A DNA stretch of 64,000 bases from the human T2T-CHM13v2.0 reference genome, Homo sapiens (GCF_009914755.1 NC_060941.1), one strand, 5' to 3'. Positions 25,125-39,100 are shown, counted from the first letter of the stretch. Notes: generated from the sequence alone by a model not told the origin. Program-made: numbers and translations.

Positions 25125-26311
25125 TCTATTGTCACTCTGTACAGCACACAGATATTCACACATACGAAGGGTTCTAGACTCAAGCAGCCCCAGAGGTAGG
25201 AAGGGGCCTGGTTTTGGAATGTCAGAAAGAGAAAAGGAGAGAGGACTCACATGACACAAAAAAATAGTAATAATAATATTATCAATAATAATAATAAACG
25301 ATGCAACATAATAAACTATGGGAGAGGGCTCTGCAACATCCTCCTCCCAGACTGGGAGGGGCACATTTTATTTCCTAGTTTCACATTCATTTTCAGTCTA
25401 GGAGAGAGGCTTCTGCTGTACAACTCTGGACTGGCAGAGTAGTGCCCAGCTCCCAGAACTCAACTGGCCCCTCACCCTGCCAAGCATGGCTTGGCTTGGC
25501 CTTTCAGAGGAAGGCCCTCCCGGGTCTCTGAGTCTCTCTTTTTCCTTGGACTCAATTTCCCTGCTCACTCCTGAGTTGTCAAGGCCACCCCCTTCCCTAC
25601 TTGCTCCCCTCCTCTGTTGCCCACCCCCAACCCCACGGTGGAAGTGGGTGAGCAGTCATTCTGGCCCTCAGTGAATGGGCACGAAAGATGAGGGAGAGTG
25701 TGTGTGTGTTACCGTGACCAAAACACTGCACTATCTGGCAGTCAGAGGGTGCTTTCGCTGGGTATCGGGAGTGGGGGACAAAGAAAGGAAATCCAGGCTG
25801 TCTTCCAGCAGCGGCAGTAGCAGAGGCGGAGGCGGCCGAGCCGGGCCTCATTTGTTAGCGGGTGTCGAGGTAATGGTCGCCACCGAGGCCCGTCTTCTCC
25901 TCGGCAGAGGAAACAAGACAGATGGGCCTGGACCTGGCGTGATTAAAGATGAAACGTGGATCCATCTTCGCCAAAGCTGAAAACGAGGAGCTGCAGCCTC
26001 CTCCTATTTCTCTTTCTGTCTTTTTCTTTCTTCCTTCTTCTTGCTTTTTCTTTTTCTTTTTTTTAAGAAAGAAAGCAAGAGATTTGAATCTTGCTTCTGG
26101 GGGGGGCCTCCCCGTGGCCCTCTATTGTCATTTCTATAAATAAAGCTTCCCCTCCCCCTCTTCTGCGTTTATTCGTATATAAAGTGTGGGGGAGGGCAGA
26201 TAGATTTTTCCGGGGCCCAGGCCCCAGGGCCCCCTCCTGTCCCCCCACCCCATCCCCTGCACTCACTGCCCACCCCCACCCCGAGGTTCGTGGCTCCCGC
26301 GTGCGGGGGCA

Positions 26312-26610
26312 CTAGAGCGCGCGGGGGCCTCCATTGGGCCGGCCAGGGGGCCCTCCGGCTGAGCCTGCCGCACCACCCGAGCGGATCTTGGTGTTGGGCA
26401 ACTTGTGGTCTTTTTTCCACTTCATGCGCCGGTTCTGGAACCAGATCTTGATCTGGCGCTCGGAGAGGCAGAGCGCGTGGGCGATCTCCACCCTCCGGCG
26501 CCGTGTCAGGTAGCGGTTGTAGTGAAATTCCTTCTCCAGCTCCAAGACCTGCTGGCGCGTGTAGGCGGTCCGAGAGCGCTTGGGCTCCCCGCCGGCGTAA
26601 TTGGGGTTTA
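26312..26610 (-). CDS. HOXB4: HOXB4 exon 2 (homeodomain)
   Basis: Acceptor tgtccag|TA AAC; [77 protein letters not shown]; spliced CDS 756 nt = 251 aa. Confidence 0.99.
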
Positions 26611-27260
26611 CTGGACACACACGGAGAGAGGGAGAAAGAGAAAGTTTTATTGCCCCCGAAAGAGAGAGTCCTTTCTTCCAGGGAACACAGCGTTTCCCTC
26701 CCTCCCTCTCCCGCCACCTCTTCTTCCTTCTGAGGGAGAGGGGGAAAAACGAAAAGGGAAGAATGCAAGACCCAAGAATGAGAAAGAGACCTCCAAGTTT
26801 TGGAGGGCTGTGCTGTGTCCTTGTTTGGGTGTGTGGTGGGGAAGGGGGGCGTGTGAGGACTCCCCCAAGGTTTTAATTGCTCCTCTCTCCCCCTCAGCTT
26901 GGGGCCCCCAGAATGGGAGAATGAGGGGGTGGAAGAGGGAGGGGAGGTTTCCCTAAACCTTTCCTCTGTTTAGTTCCCACCCTTGCTGCTCAGATTCCAA
27001 GCAGTGCCTACCCCTACTGAAAACTTTTGCTCACTTCTCCAGCCAAGGAGTCAGACTGGAAGAAAGGAAAAAATAAATACTGGGAGTTGACTCAACTCTC
27101 TGCTTAAATACGGATTACCTCCTCCTCCTTCTCCTCCTCCACCTCCTCCACCCCTCCCCAACTTCCAACTTCACTAAGACTGTATCTCCCTGGCGAAAAA
27201 GTCGCTGGTGAGAATGGTGAAGAGGATGGGGAACCTACTTCAAAGGCGCAGGGCCCACCA

Positions 27261-27334
27261 GGCCATAAAAATTTATGGGGGATGTAATTATGTGGCTCTG
27301 AAAACAGGCGACCGTAAATCTCCGGCAATGGCGA
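27261..27334. promoter_or_regulatory. HOXB4 intronic enhancer (HB-1 homeoprotein/Cdx element plus NF-Y/YY1-like motif)
   Basis: ggccataaaaatttatgggggatgtaattatg and caatggcga. Confidence 0.7.
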
Positions 27335-27451
27335 GTTTATAGCGGGGACAATTGGCTTCCCCAGCTCAACCCCCCACCAACCCATGCCTCCGAAGTCCCT
27401 TTGGTGTAAAGCTCCAGGGGTGGGAGGGGGAAGGGGTGCCCACGCACTCAC

Positions 27452-27908
27452 CCGTGCTCACGTGAACTTTGCGCATCCAGGGGTAGACGACGGGCTCTTT
27501 GCACGCGGAGTGGGACGGGCTGGGGTGCAGGGGGTTCTGGGCGCAGGGAGGCGGCGGGGGGCTGCTGCTGACCGCCTCGCAGCGCTGGCCGGGCTCCGGG
27601 AGGAGGGCCCCGGCGGGTGGCGGCGCAGGAGCCCGAGGGGACAGACCGGGCGGTGGCGGGGGCGGCGGGGGTGGTGGCGGAGGCGGCGGGGGCCCAGGGT
27701 CCCGGCAGGCCGCGTAGCGCTGCACGGTGCACGCCGCGCGCCGCCCGAAGCCCGCCTCCGGCTGGAAGCTGCTCTCTCGCCTCTGGCCGCCGGCGTAGTA
27801 CCCGGGCGAGTGGTCGCTGGGTAGGTAATCGCTCTGTGAATATTCCTCGCATGGAGGGAACTTGGGGTCGACATAGTTTGAGTTGATCAAAAAAGAACTC
27901 ATAGCCAT
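27452..27908 (-). CDS. HOXB4: HOXB4 exon 1 (457 nt; poly-Pro; YPWM hexapeptide)
   Basis: MAMSSFLINSNYVDPKFPPCEEYSQ...VVYPWMRKVHVST; donor ACGG|gtgagt. Confidence 0.99.
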
Positions 27909-28020
27909 TAATTTCTGGGAATTGCCCACAAAATATACTAAAATTTATTCCGACCCCTGACTCGTTTTCCTGTTTCCGAAAGCCCTCCTACTTACTGTCA
28001 AGTGAACAAAGTTAGGCGCC

Positions 28021-28044
28021 CACGTGATCCTCCGAGCCAATGGC
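28021..28044. promoter_or_regulatory. HOXB4 core promoter E-box (USF-type) and CCAAT/YY1 element
   Basis: CACGTG at 28021-28026 and CCAATGGC at 28037-28044, about 115-135 nt upstream of the ATG. Confidence 0.75.
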
Positions 28045-29426
28045 CGCCCCGCCTGCGATTCCCGGATAAGGAAATCTGCTCACCCGGACCCCACTCCAGC
28101 CAAAGAGGTTTATTTCCCCTTCTTCCCTTCCCCCTCCCCACCCACCCACCCAACACCAGGATTTACATAGGGCTCCTGCGGGGCGACCCCCTCCTTGCCT
28201 CGCTCTCTCCGGGATCAGAGAGAGAGCGAGAGAGAGAGCGCGCGCAGGTTGCGACTGGAGGGCCTGTTGGGGCGCTAGGCAGAGCGCAAACCCTAGATCC
28301 CTTAAGAAGTTGGGGCTCCCGGTGTAGCCCTCCTGTTCTGCCTCACCTCTGCCCAGCATTCTGTACCTTCCAAAGGCCCCAGTCTCCTCCCCTCGGCGGG
28401 AGGGAGCGCTAGCACCCTGCGTCTCTATGGGGAGTTAGGTTACTGGCGGGTTGGGGGCTCCGTCTCGAAAGGGGAACCCATACGGGGGCCAGAGCACAGA
28501 GCTTGGGGCTTTTCTCTGCAGCTGGATGGGGAAGGGTAGGGGTGAGAGAGGAGGCGTCCAGAGCTAGAGGGCGGGTGCGCAGAGGGACTTGTCAGAGATG
28601 AATGGAACCGCGGGCGGATCGATAGGAAATTCATGCACTAATTCGGGGAGACTTCGCCTTCCAAATCTCATTTAGCTGCACGGTTAGCTAGACTGTGTCC
28701 GTCAGTCCGTCTGTCCCCCTTCTCCTATCCACTCCTCCCTTTAACCCACACGGCCCAAGCCTGGAGAAACGACTTGGTTTCCCACACTATAGACAGAGCG
28801 CTGGGGTAAAAAAACCTGCAACTTTTGAGAGCAAAATTGATTAGCAATTTGCTAATTCCATAACCACCCGAGCAATACTAACCATGGGTCCGAGACGTTC
28901 TAATTGTCGCCGCCTCCGCGGCGAATAGAAATCTCACATCCCTTTGATACTGGGGATACAGCCATAGAGGTGACCCACACAGACAATAACACTCCTTGGT
29001 AATCGAGTATTTCCAGGTCATCTTGTTCTGAACTGAAACGGAAAGGCGGCCTCAGCATCCGTTTGTTAAACAAATTTCCTTTGCCTTCTTCGCACACTGA
29101 AGACAAGTCATTTTTTTTCGCAATTTCCAATAAAGCCTCCCTGAGCCCAGAATAGAAAATGGGTGCGTTTGGGACGAGAAGATAAATTTAAAACTTCAAC
29201 AACAATAACATTAACCTCTTAAAGAGATGTGAAAAGGGACCAAGGCTCCCAGGGGCAGGCGTGGGGAGAGTTCAGGTAGATGATTTCTCCATCTCTAACC
29301 AGTTGAAGGAGGAAAAGATAGAGGAATAAAGAGGAAGGAGTCTTCGTGTGGCCAGTCACCAGACTGTCCTCATTCAGAAAAATACTACATATACATATAT
29401 ATATATTTTTTTCTTCTGGAAAAATA

Positions 29427-29536
29427 AGAGCGGAGTGTTTATGTCAACTACATATTCCCCTAGATACGAATTTGTGACCACAAAATTCCTTACACAAATT
29501 CGGATCTACAGGGTATATACAGAAGACAGACAGATC
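29427..29536 (-). ncRNA. MIR10A: pre-miR-10a hairpin (5p 29493-29515; 3p 29453-29474)
   Basis: Minus strand reads UACCCUGUAGAUCCGAAUUUGUG and CAAAUUCGUAUCUAGGGGAAUA as complementary arms; canonical position between Hox4 and Hox5. Confidence 0.99.
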
Positions 29537-31199
29537 TTCTTGGCCCAGAAATTTTCCAGTTCTCCTACTTTCCGCGCCTTCTTCGTTTGGGGTGTGGTTT
29601 GAGTGCTTTGGTTTTATTTCGTTTTGTTCTAGTTTTGAGCTCTGGGAACAGAAAAAGGCAGTGCGAGTCTGTTCTTGGGATTACAAGGTTTTCAATTCTC
29701 CTCTTCTATTAGAATTTCAAGTAGCCAGTTCGCAAAGGGACGAGAACCTTGCCTCCGCCGCCGCCGCGCAACTCTCGGTGGCGCATGAATTATGAGATGT
29801 AAACATTAGCTAAGCACAAAAGGAGGAAGGGTCATTCTGAGGCTGCCACGAAGTCAGATTCAGGCCTTTCTGGGTGCCTTCGCGCCCCTCCCCTCCCCCC
29901 AGGACTTTTTTTTTTTTTTTTTTTTTTAGAAAAAACAAAACCCCAATCGGCTCCTCCGTGCCCCTCCAAGCCTTTAGTTTGTGATCAAACGAATATCTAG
30001 ATATTTTCCAAAGCGCCTCTCAGCGAAGGGAGGAGGAAGAGGCGGCTGGGTGTGAAGGTGGTGTAATAAAAGTCCTTTTGGAAAAATTCAGTGGTAAAAA
30101 GAGAGAGAAACAGCTGTAAAGAAAAATGCTGGGAGACCAAGCAGATGGGGCCCCAGATATTTAATGACGGGCAATTCCGTTTACAACCTGAGAAAAGATC
30201 AAAGGCGTTTCATTTCCGAATGAAGGGCAATGAGGAACCATAAAAGATGCAGCCAGATGATATAGGGCCCCTCCCAGCCTCTCACACATCCTGGGAGCCA
30301 GGAGAGAGGGTCTATCCCGGGGAGGTGTGGGGAGGAACCCCATTTCCCCACCTTCCTAGCCCCAGACGGGTCCTTTCCTTCTAAACACATATGAACTCGC
30401 CTAGCCACCTGCTTGGGTTGCTGGTGGTAGGGCCAAAATGGGCATCTGGGGTTTACGAACCAACTTTCTGAAGCTCCCAGAAGCCGTGAATTTACTAAGC
30501 TGAGAGTCTGGGGATTGGGCTGGAGGGAACTGAGACTGTGAAAGCTGTGACAGAGTAAGGGAAAATGTGCATAGAAAAAGCCTCCACCCCACCCAGACTC
30601 CCTACTCAACTCCCTAGGTCTGAGAAATACTTGCATCTTTAGTGAGGAAGTCAAAATAATATCAATTTCATTAACAAATACAGGAACAACACAAAAACAA
30701 CCCTCTAACTGCAACACTCCAGAGATCTCTGCCTATGCCCAGTCCTGGGACCTTGCAGGTGGGTAGGAGGAGAGTTCCCACCTGCCCACAACTAGGTCCA
30801 GAGACCCTCTGATTTTCTTTTAATCTTAAATCTAGGAATTGCCAATGTTGGCCTCTGGGCCTGATTTCTAACATCAACATTCTCCCAGACAGGCTGAACT
30901 CACACATATTTGGGAGAAAAAAGCAAACTATCACACTATGGTTGTCTTTGCCAAGAGAGGGTCCAATAGGTAATCTCAGACCCCCATCTGGGCACTCAGG
31001 GAGACTAGAGTCTGGCCCAGGGCCCACAGACAAAATGCGCTGCTAGGATCCCCACCAGCTCCCTAGCGTCAACCAGGGACCTTTCCAAATCTTGTCATAG
31101 GCCACTTAGGGTCTCCAGGACCCACTCCAACGGTCCAGGCCCCTCCCCCACCCCATACCTCCTGTCCTTCTCAACTCGCCAGCTCTCGGAAACCCGTCC

Positions 31200-32200
31200 A
31201 ACCCGTCGGCATTTCGGAAGTTTGGGAGGGCCGCTGGGCCGGCGGCCGGGCCTCTCTGCTGCTCTACACTTCACAAGGGATGCGGCCCAGGTGCCCCAGC
31301 ACCCCAAGAGAGAGGAACAGGCGGCAGAGCCACCGCGGGTTTGGGTATCCTTGATCCTGGCGCCCAAGAGCAGAGATTTTTCTCCTCTGCGCCCTGGAAG
31401 TCACCACCTGCCAATCCCACCAAGGCGCCGCACCCCCCTCACCCCTCCAGCCGCCCGAGATGGAGAACAGGGTTTATGGGCGACTCCCAGGACGGGTTTC
31501 ACCGGAGCGGGAGGCTGCCTCTCCCCTTCACCGCCCAGAAGGATACGAACAGCAACACGCATAATAGTAAAATAAGAGCAGGGGCTGCGCGCGAGCTGAG
31601 CCACCTCCCCTGCGCTCCCGGGTCTTTCCGTGGCTTCCCAGCCGCCTTCTCCTGGCAGCCACAGGTTGCTAGCGTGACCTCGCCCCTCCCAGCCACCCTC
31701 CGCCGTCCAGGCGTGCCCAGTCCGCTAGGAATCATCACCTTTTGTTGGCGGGGAGAAGGGACTCAGCGAGGGAGCGAAACCGAAGGCCCGAGCGGAGGCG
31801 AGTCCCCAGCCGGCCTGCGCACCGGCGGCGGCGGCGCGGAGGAGAGAAAGGCCCAGAGGGGGCGCGGGCGAGGGTACTCACCGGGAGGCTCCCCAGCCCC
31901 GCCGGCCGCCGAGCCGCCCGCGGACGCGCCGGGCAACAGCTGAGCTCTCTCCTGTCCACTATTGTGTGTCCGGAAAACCGGACCGCGGCGGCGGACACAG
32001 CCACGGGCTCCCTCAGAAGCCGGAACGTGACTTTTTTTTTTGGTGTGTTTTTGTTTTGGAAGCGCAAGTTTTCGTGTTAATCTCATACTTTGGCAGTCTT
32101 TGTTAAACAGCTAGGCGCGTCACGAGGCTCTCAAACATTTTAATAATTTTTAGACGCCGTGACCTGCGGTTCACCTCTCTCCCAGCCTCCCCCACGAGCA
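31200..32200. promoter_or_regulatory. CpG island upstream of MIR10A with minus-strand donor at 31882 (candidate pri-miR-10a/long HOXB3-B4 promoter)
   Basis: High CpG density; CCG|gtgagt donor; adjacent DR5. Confidence 0.55.
32160..32176 (-). promoter_or_regulatory. DR5 RARE upstream of HOXB4 (B4U)
   Basis: AGGTGA-accgc-AGGTCA. Confidence 0.8.
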
Positions 32201-35200
32201 GGCAGTTACTATAATATGCTCGCGCAGTTCGCTGGGTCATATTGAATTTTGCGTAGGTCATTACTTGGGAAAAAAATGACAGAGCAGAAATTTGATTCAG
32301 CTCATCCTCTCCAGCTCGACTTTTCGCCAGAGCCTTCTCTTCTCTTCATCCAACCCCCACCCGAAAAAAGTCCCATTCGGATAGGAGTCAGTCGGCCACG
32401 CCCCTGTTTTGATTTTCCATCATTCCCATATTTTGTCAGCTCGGGTTCCAGAGAGAGTGTGGGGTTTCATGTGGGATCCTTTTGAGGCCTGAGAATGAGG
32501 CTGGCACGGGGAAAACTGAAAGCATGGCTTTGGGCACCTGGGCCCCAGAGAGCAGGCCTGAGCAAGAGGCCCCTTCCCTGAACCTTACCCCTAAATGCCT
32601 GTATGGCCAGGGCCCGGATCCCCACCCCATTGCACACTCCATCTGCTTTATTTGCTCCCCCAAGTGTCAGAGATATCCTCATTTCTACAAAAGCTTTGGA
32701 AGCTCCAGGGCCTAGAAATGACCACTCCACCTCTTGGGGCCAAGATTTTGGTCCACACAACCCAGCAGGTTTGGGGAAGATAGAACCCTGAGAGAGGTGC
32801 TGGGCTGGGCTGGTCAAAGCCGGCGACATAACTTTCAGAGCTTTAACTGTCCTTTAAATACAAAACAATAGCTTCCCCCTCCCCCCGAAGAATCGTTCTC
32901 ATCAATACAGTAACACTTTTGCCTACCCCCATCACCCACACAAGGAGGTTCAGGAGCAGATCAAGAAGGCATTTAAAATAGTGAGATTTTCTTGGGTTTG
33001 TCTCTCCAGGATTAGAATCTGGTGGATTGCCTACAACACACTTCTCCCTTTCTCCAGCTTCCTAGGGTCCTGCAGAGGTGGGTCAGGTGACTCCCTTTCC
33101 TCCCAATTCAAGTCTACAGACTGAAACAGGGCTCCAGCCTAGTTGGTAGGGTGGTATCCTCCTAGTACGGAGAGGTCAAGAAAGAACTCCCCAAGGCACC
33201 CAGCTTGGTCCAGAATGGCAGAGGCCACTTCTTCCCCATCCTGGTCCTTCTAGCCCAGGACCTTGGGCTGCTCCAGTCTATACCTAAATTTGCTAACGTT
33301 CTGTCCTGGAACAGAAGGAGATGGATTCTTCAGTTCAGGCTTTGACATCTGTCTCTTCAGGACTCCAGGAATTCCTTCCTGGCCTGACACTGCAGAGAAA
33401 CTCACCTAAGGACTAAGCAGAAATAGGGACCTTCACCCAATTGGTTTAGTCAAAACCCTGGGTTAAATCTATTTGAAATTTGATATTAAACCTTTGTCTC
33501 TTCTGGCCATGTTTCAAAAAGCATCTTTACAGAAACTCTCAGGTTATCTCCATCCTGGAAGGAAAAACGCCCACAGTGTACCTCCTATAGTAAATGCTTG
33601 GAAGAGCAGATAATGACATCTCATAATACAACAGTCATTTAAAGACCCAAAATAGACATATGCCCCAGTGTTATAATTACTGAGTCTCTCTAGGCATTTG
33701 CTCATGAGCTAAGTTTAATGTATGGATTCAAAGTTCATTTCAGGTTGCCTGTTTCAACTCCCGTAAAAAAGATCTCCGTGAGGCCATTTGGTATTTTTCC
33801 TTTGCATTTCTCCTCCCTCATCCAAATAGGAAGAGAAGGAGTCAAGATGAACACACAAATGGAGGCTTGGGAGAGAGTGAGAGAATTAACAAGCTAATCT
33901 TTCAGTAGGCAAGTTCTTAAACTGGAGCAATTTGGAGAGAGGAATGAGAGTTTGGAAAGGCTCCAGTGTTGGCCCATGCTCATGGACCCCACCTTCCTGA
34001 CACAGCCTGGGGGTTAAGGGTTCTTGAAAACAGGCCTGCCTCTCCCAGGGGTGGAGGATTGAAAGAGCCAGTAGTTTGACCCCTTTAGGGCAAGCAGAGT
34101 GAGTTGATGTTGGTGAAAATCAAACCTTCACATTGGAAGTATTCTTTGGCCCTGCCAGAAGTCCTACAAAGACGTGGGGGTAATTTAATTGAATTTCTAA
34201 AATGTGTGTGGCTAGGAAGGTTTTAATTAAATTTAATATGGTGACTCAAAGATTATCTTTGGAAGAGAAAATTGCTCAGAGGGTTCACCACACCCTTAAG
34301 CGCTGTCTTTTCTACAACTCACCACCACCACCACCAGTCTCGCCCTTTTTGGAGAAGGGATTTTTCCTTCCTCAGTTTCCCTTCCCCAGATATCTGCCTC
34401 TTCGCTGCCCATTTCTGCTCCCCCACTTCTGCAACCCACAAGTCTTCCTTACCTCCAGCATCCCAGGCTCCCTCGTCCGTCTTCACACACATACAGCCCC
34501 CTCCCCCACCGCCCCACCCCGCCCCCGCCGCTAGTCGCCTCCGCCGCTCCCACTCACGCATGGTGTAAACTTTTGACCCTCCAACTTTGCGACCCCTCCG
34601 GCAATAACACTGGCCTCACCACCCAGGGTCTCATTCTGCTACGCGCCGGCCGCAGAAACCCCAGGGCAAAACGCTTTCCTTACCCCTCCCCCCTTCGCCA
34701 ATGTCCCTACTACCCCAGAGCCTTAGACCTGGGCAAGAGGAGTCTTTTGACTATTAAATAACTCCTTGGAAAAAGACGCGGAACCCACCTCCCGCATTTT
34801 CAGCGGTCTCTTCTATTGGGATGCCTGGAAGGGCTTTTGACCACCCACCCTTCTTCATTTTTGACACCCGAGTGGGGCCGAGGTTGCCGGATGAGGAGAC
34901 CTATGGCGAGCAGTAGAATGGGCTGACCTGGAGAAGGGCATTTCTGGGGTGAAGGGTGGAGAGAGCTTGGAGCAGGGGCTCCTCGGGAGCAGAAGGGGCC
35001 GCTGTGCTCACAGGGCTAGAGGGAGAGTTCAGTGTCCCAACGATGCGGGGGGGCCCGGGGCCACCTTGCGCGGCCGCTCGCTGACGCCTCAGAGGCCCCA
35101 GCCTGGCTGTGAACTTGGTCTAAGGCGGACTCTACTGGCAGCTCCGGGATGTTACAGCCTCTGCCTCTGGTCCAGAGCAGCGGCGGTGCGGACAACCCGT

Positions 35201-36122
35201 GCGCTTTCGGTTTCCCTTCCGCCCAAATATCGCCTCCCAGACCCCCACCTCTCCCTGGGAAGGATTTCCTTTCTCCCTCCTTGGGATCCCTTGGGATTCA
35301 GAAAACAGAAAAGAAAACGAATTAGAGAGATGCATGCACCTAAGGACAAGCCTGCAGGAGCCCCGAAATAGGGTATCCTCTATCATGCCTCCAAATCCCT
35401 CAAGAGGCGACGCCCCACACAGGCTGGCACTTTCCCTCCACTTCTCCCCTAGGTGTGCCTTTCCGTCCTGACTCCCCACCTTTCCAACTGGCCTGGGTCA
35501 TCTTTTGGTAAGGCAAAATGGTCTGGGGCCTGCGAGGTACCTTTCCTCCCTAGATGCATTCAGCCCTACCCCACCGGGCTCCGAGGTCAGGGATCCAGGG
35601 ATCGTTGCGACCAAAACCAGCCGCTGTGCTCCGAAGCCGCAAGGCTCAGCCCGGATCCACTAGGGGAGAGGCAGTCCAGAGGGCGGCCTCGCAGACTGGG
35701 AACTGTTTCCGGGGAGGAGAAGCTAGAGGATACTGCAGAGAGTGCATTTTTCTCTCCAAGAGGAACTTTAGGGGGAGAAGAGACAAGAGAGGAGACGCCT
35801 AAATCACTGAGAAAAGGAATAAGAAGAGAGGGAAGAGAAACGTTAAAACTTGGGGACAAGGTGCTTTTTGGGATCCGACAGGTTCCCGAATTGCCCGAAG
35901 TCCAATACTCTCCAGGCTCCCAAATTTCCCCTCTTCCTCTTGGAGCCTGCAATCAGTAAATTCGCCAAAAGAAAGAACGAAAGATCCGCCTAAACCTGCC
36001 GGCGTGCCCCCACCCCCGGTCTACAGAGGCGGAGGTGGCTGCGGCGGTGTGGCCGGCGGCGCGTAATGTATGCTGCAGCGGCTCGGAGCCCCACGTAGGC
36101 CGGCGCTGCTGCCCCCGTCTGC

Positions 36123-36139
36123 TGACCTCTGCATGATCC
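36123..36139 (-). promoter_or_regulatory. DR5 RARE, distal element (DE-RARE) 3' of HOXB5
   Basis: GGATCA-tgcag-AGGTCA next to an AT-rich motif-dense block. Confidence 0.8.
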
Positions 36140-39100
36140 CGGACTCTATGAATTATTGATGAGATATGAGCGTTGATTTCCCCTTTCAGGATGCAAACTC
36201 CATTATATTGTTAAAATGGCGATTTAATCGTTGAGAATAGCTTTGGTGTGGGTTTTTTCCCCCAACTCATTTGCGCCTCCTTCCTTTTCATTTAACTCTC
36301 TTAATTAAATCCTTTAACAGATTTTAATCACTTTTTGGAGGGAGGGATAGGAGAAAGGAGAAGGCCATAAGACCATCACTACCAACAACAACGGGACGCT
36401 AAAGCAAAATAAAACAAACCAAATTCGAAAACCGTCATAAGCCTCTACCTTTGAGAAGTCGAAAGGAAGGTGAGGGGGGAGGTTAACCCCTCTAGAAAGG
36501 ATGCTCACTAACCTCTGCTGGAGACAGAGCATTAGAGGGCTGGGGAAACCCACCAGAGACAAGGAAGAGTGGGGTGGGGCCTGCAGGAACGACCTGAGGG
36601 GTATTTAATCCCCCACCCCGCCAACCATTACCACCATGAGACTTGTGTGTGGAGTTGACTGTAGAGACTAAGTCATTTTTGCCCTTGCTGAGAACTCCAG
36701 GGGCTTCAAGCCTGGGGAGGGCCACAGGATTCATGTGCAGAGGGCCCTCCAATCTCAACCTCAGAGTCCCTTAGGGAGAAATATCCATTCTGCTTAAGGG
36801 GCCCCCGTTTTTCCCTTCCCCTCCCCAAACAGCTCTGTTTCCAGGCGGTGTTAATTAATATGGATGTGTAACAGCGCTGCAGCAATCAATAAGTCTCACT
36901 GTGGGCAGATCTCAGCCTCAAAATCCGATTACTCTGAAAAACTCCAAAAATGGGGAGGGTTACCAGTATCCCCTCCCTTAAAAGAGGGGAGCTCATTCTT
37001 GCTAGCCCTGTCTTCCGAGATTGACCAGGTTGGTCCCCCAAGCTGAGAAGTCCATGCTGGGGAGACTAGCCCTGGGAAGGGACTGAGTTTGGGGGGGTTG
37101 TGCTGAGCTTCTGTCTTCTCCATTGCTCAGAATCCTTGGCCTGCAATTCCCAGGGATAAAGGAACCAGGCAAGGAAAGGAGCTGCCTCTTAGATCTTCCC
37201 ATTCTGCTCACCAGCCCTCAGAGAATAACTTCTCACAGCCAGGGAAGGGTTAAGTGTCCCTGCCACAGTTATGGAGAGGAAGCTGATGAAATATGGGCAC
37301 TTGGAACTCCAGGCCCAGCTGGCTTTCCTGTTTACACTTCTTTATACTTCCTCCCACCCATTGGCCTCAGAGAAACAAAACAAAACAAATAACCAAATAA
37401 AACAAAACAAAAAAAATCAAAATTGAATTGTCCACCGAGTGGTGGCCAGGCTGGCCTCAGAGGGAAAAGAGAAACTGCAGCCTTAATCTCCAGCTGTCAC
37501 CTCCTGGGGCCTGCCCCAGGTTGAAGATTTGGCCAGAGGGTACCGGCTTGGCTTATAGCTCAAGAGGTTGAAGCCTGGACTGGCAGGGAGAGAAAGCAGG
37601 TGGGAGAGGAGGGAGAGCAAAGCCCTGGAGAGAGTAGAGCAGCTCTCTTAGAGGGAGACAGCCTGGGAGGGCAGGAGGAGAGGACAGAGGTCTGGGGCAG
37701 AGGAGAGAGTTCTTGGCATCAGAAATCCCTTCACACCTCTCATTGCCTCCCGCAGCTTGTCCTGACTGGGGTTCAGACAGGACTGGGGTTCAGCTCAGGG
37801 AGCCTGAAGTGGAGAAGAGGAAAGCCCAGCCTAGGGCATCTTCTCCAGGACCTGCTTAGAGCTGGAGGAGACCCTTCAAGAGTTTGTTCACTGAGGTGGA
37901 AGTGGGCACCCCAATTTGCTCTTTGCCATCCTGGAAAATCCGACCAGATATGCCTAGTAGATGTTAGAGCCTACAGAACTGACATGAGAGGGGGCAAAGA
38001 AACAATTTTTCAGGAGCAGGCCTTACTATCTGGGGTTCTAGCTTCCAGAAGGGCTTTCAGAAAGGGAAGTATATTAGAGTGAGGCCAGGGGCACAATAGG
38101 AATGGGGTTCCCCTGGAGACCCAGGTCAGACTCTCCCTTGCAGAGCTCTTTGTCTGCATGTCTGTCAACTCCGTTGCCTTGTAGAGTGGAAGACTGTGGA
38201 AGCTGTGCCTCCAGCACTTCTTTATATTTTCAATGGTGCTGGGGATCCTTTGGGAGATGACCTGTGTCTCCTTTCTAAGGGATACAAATGCCCTCATCAT
38301 TCTTGGGATGATATGTCTTCAAACCAGGGTGACTCTGCTCTTAAAGCCTGTTAAGGATTTCCTGTAAGTCAGGCTTGGGCAGTGGATAGAGAGCTCAGGG
38401 AATAGAAAGTGGCTTCAGGAGAAAGAGGACAGGGGGAGAACTCCAATGTCCCTTAATGAGAAAAAGGGAGTCTTATGACCCCATCCTTGTCCCAAAGATC
38501 AGAAGCCCCTCGAGGTGCCACATATCCAATCCCAGAAACTACCTATGGCAGTTGGTGAGCTGAATCAAGGGATGGCAGGCTGGTGAAAGTAGGAGTGACA
38601 GGGTAGTTAGCCCCACGGGTGTTAAATTGGAGGGGGGTCAATTTGGTGGGGAAGAAGCCTCTGACTTTTAGAAGGGTGACTTTTCCCTAGAAAATAACAG
38701 AACCCCTGGGGATCAAATCCTGAAGTCTCTCTGGTTTATGGTTCTACAAAACAAAGGGGACTTTGAGGGTGTGCCCAGAAAAGAAGAGGGAAAAAGAGAG
38801 GAAAAAAGAGCACCTTTCCTATTTTCTCTTCCAGCTCCTGAATCTATTTCCTCCCGACAGTTGAGGGATTTGTATTCTTGAGCTGATTTTATTTGAGGAG
38901 GGCTTGCCAGAGTTCTACTTAAACACCTAACACCTCTAGGCAAGAGAAGAAGCTCTTCCCTTCCCCCACTCCTGGTTCAGGAATTAGGTTTTGAATTGGG
39001 GGAATTGCCCTCTCTGTCTGCTCCCTAGTCTGACTTCAGGATCCTACTTCGAGCCAAGGAGAAAGATTAGCTTGAGACCAACAGGCTGAAGGTGGAGGCA

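Noticed and set aside
27909-27929. N-terminal extension of HOXB4 suggested by the ORF track
   Set aside because: It starts at GTG with a stop shortly upstream; the conserved start is MAMSS at 27908
36020-36122. CTCF-like motifs beside the DE-RARE
   Set aside because: Only partial matches in GC-rich DNA; needs a PWM scan or ChIP
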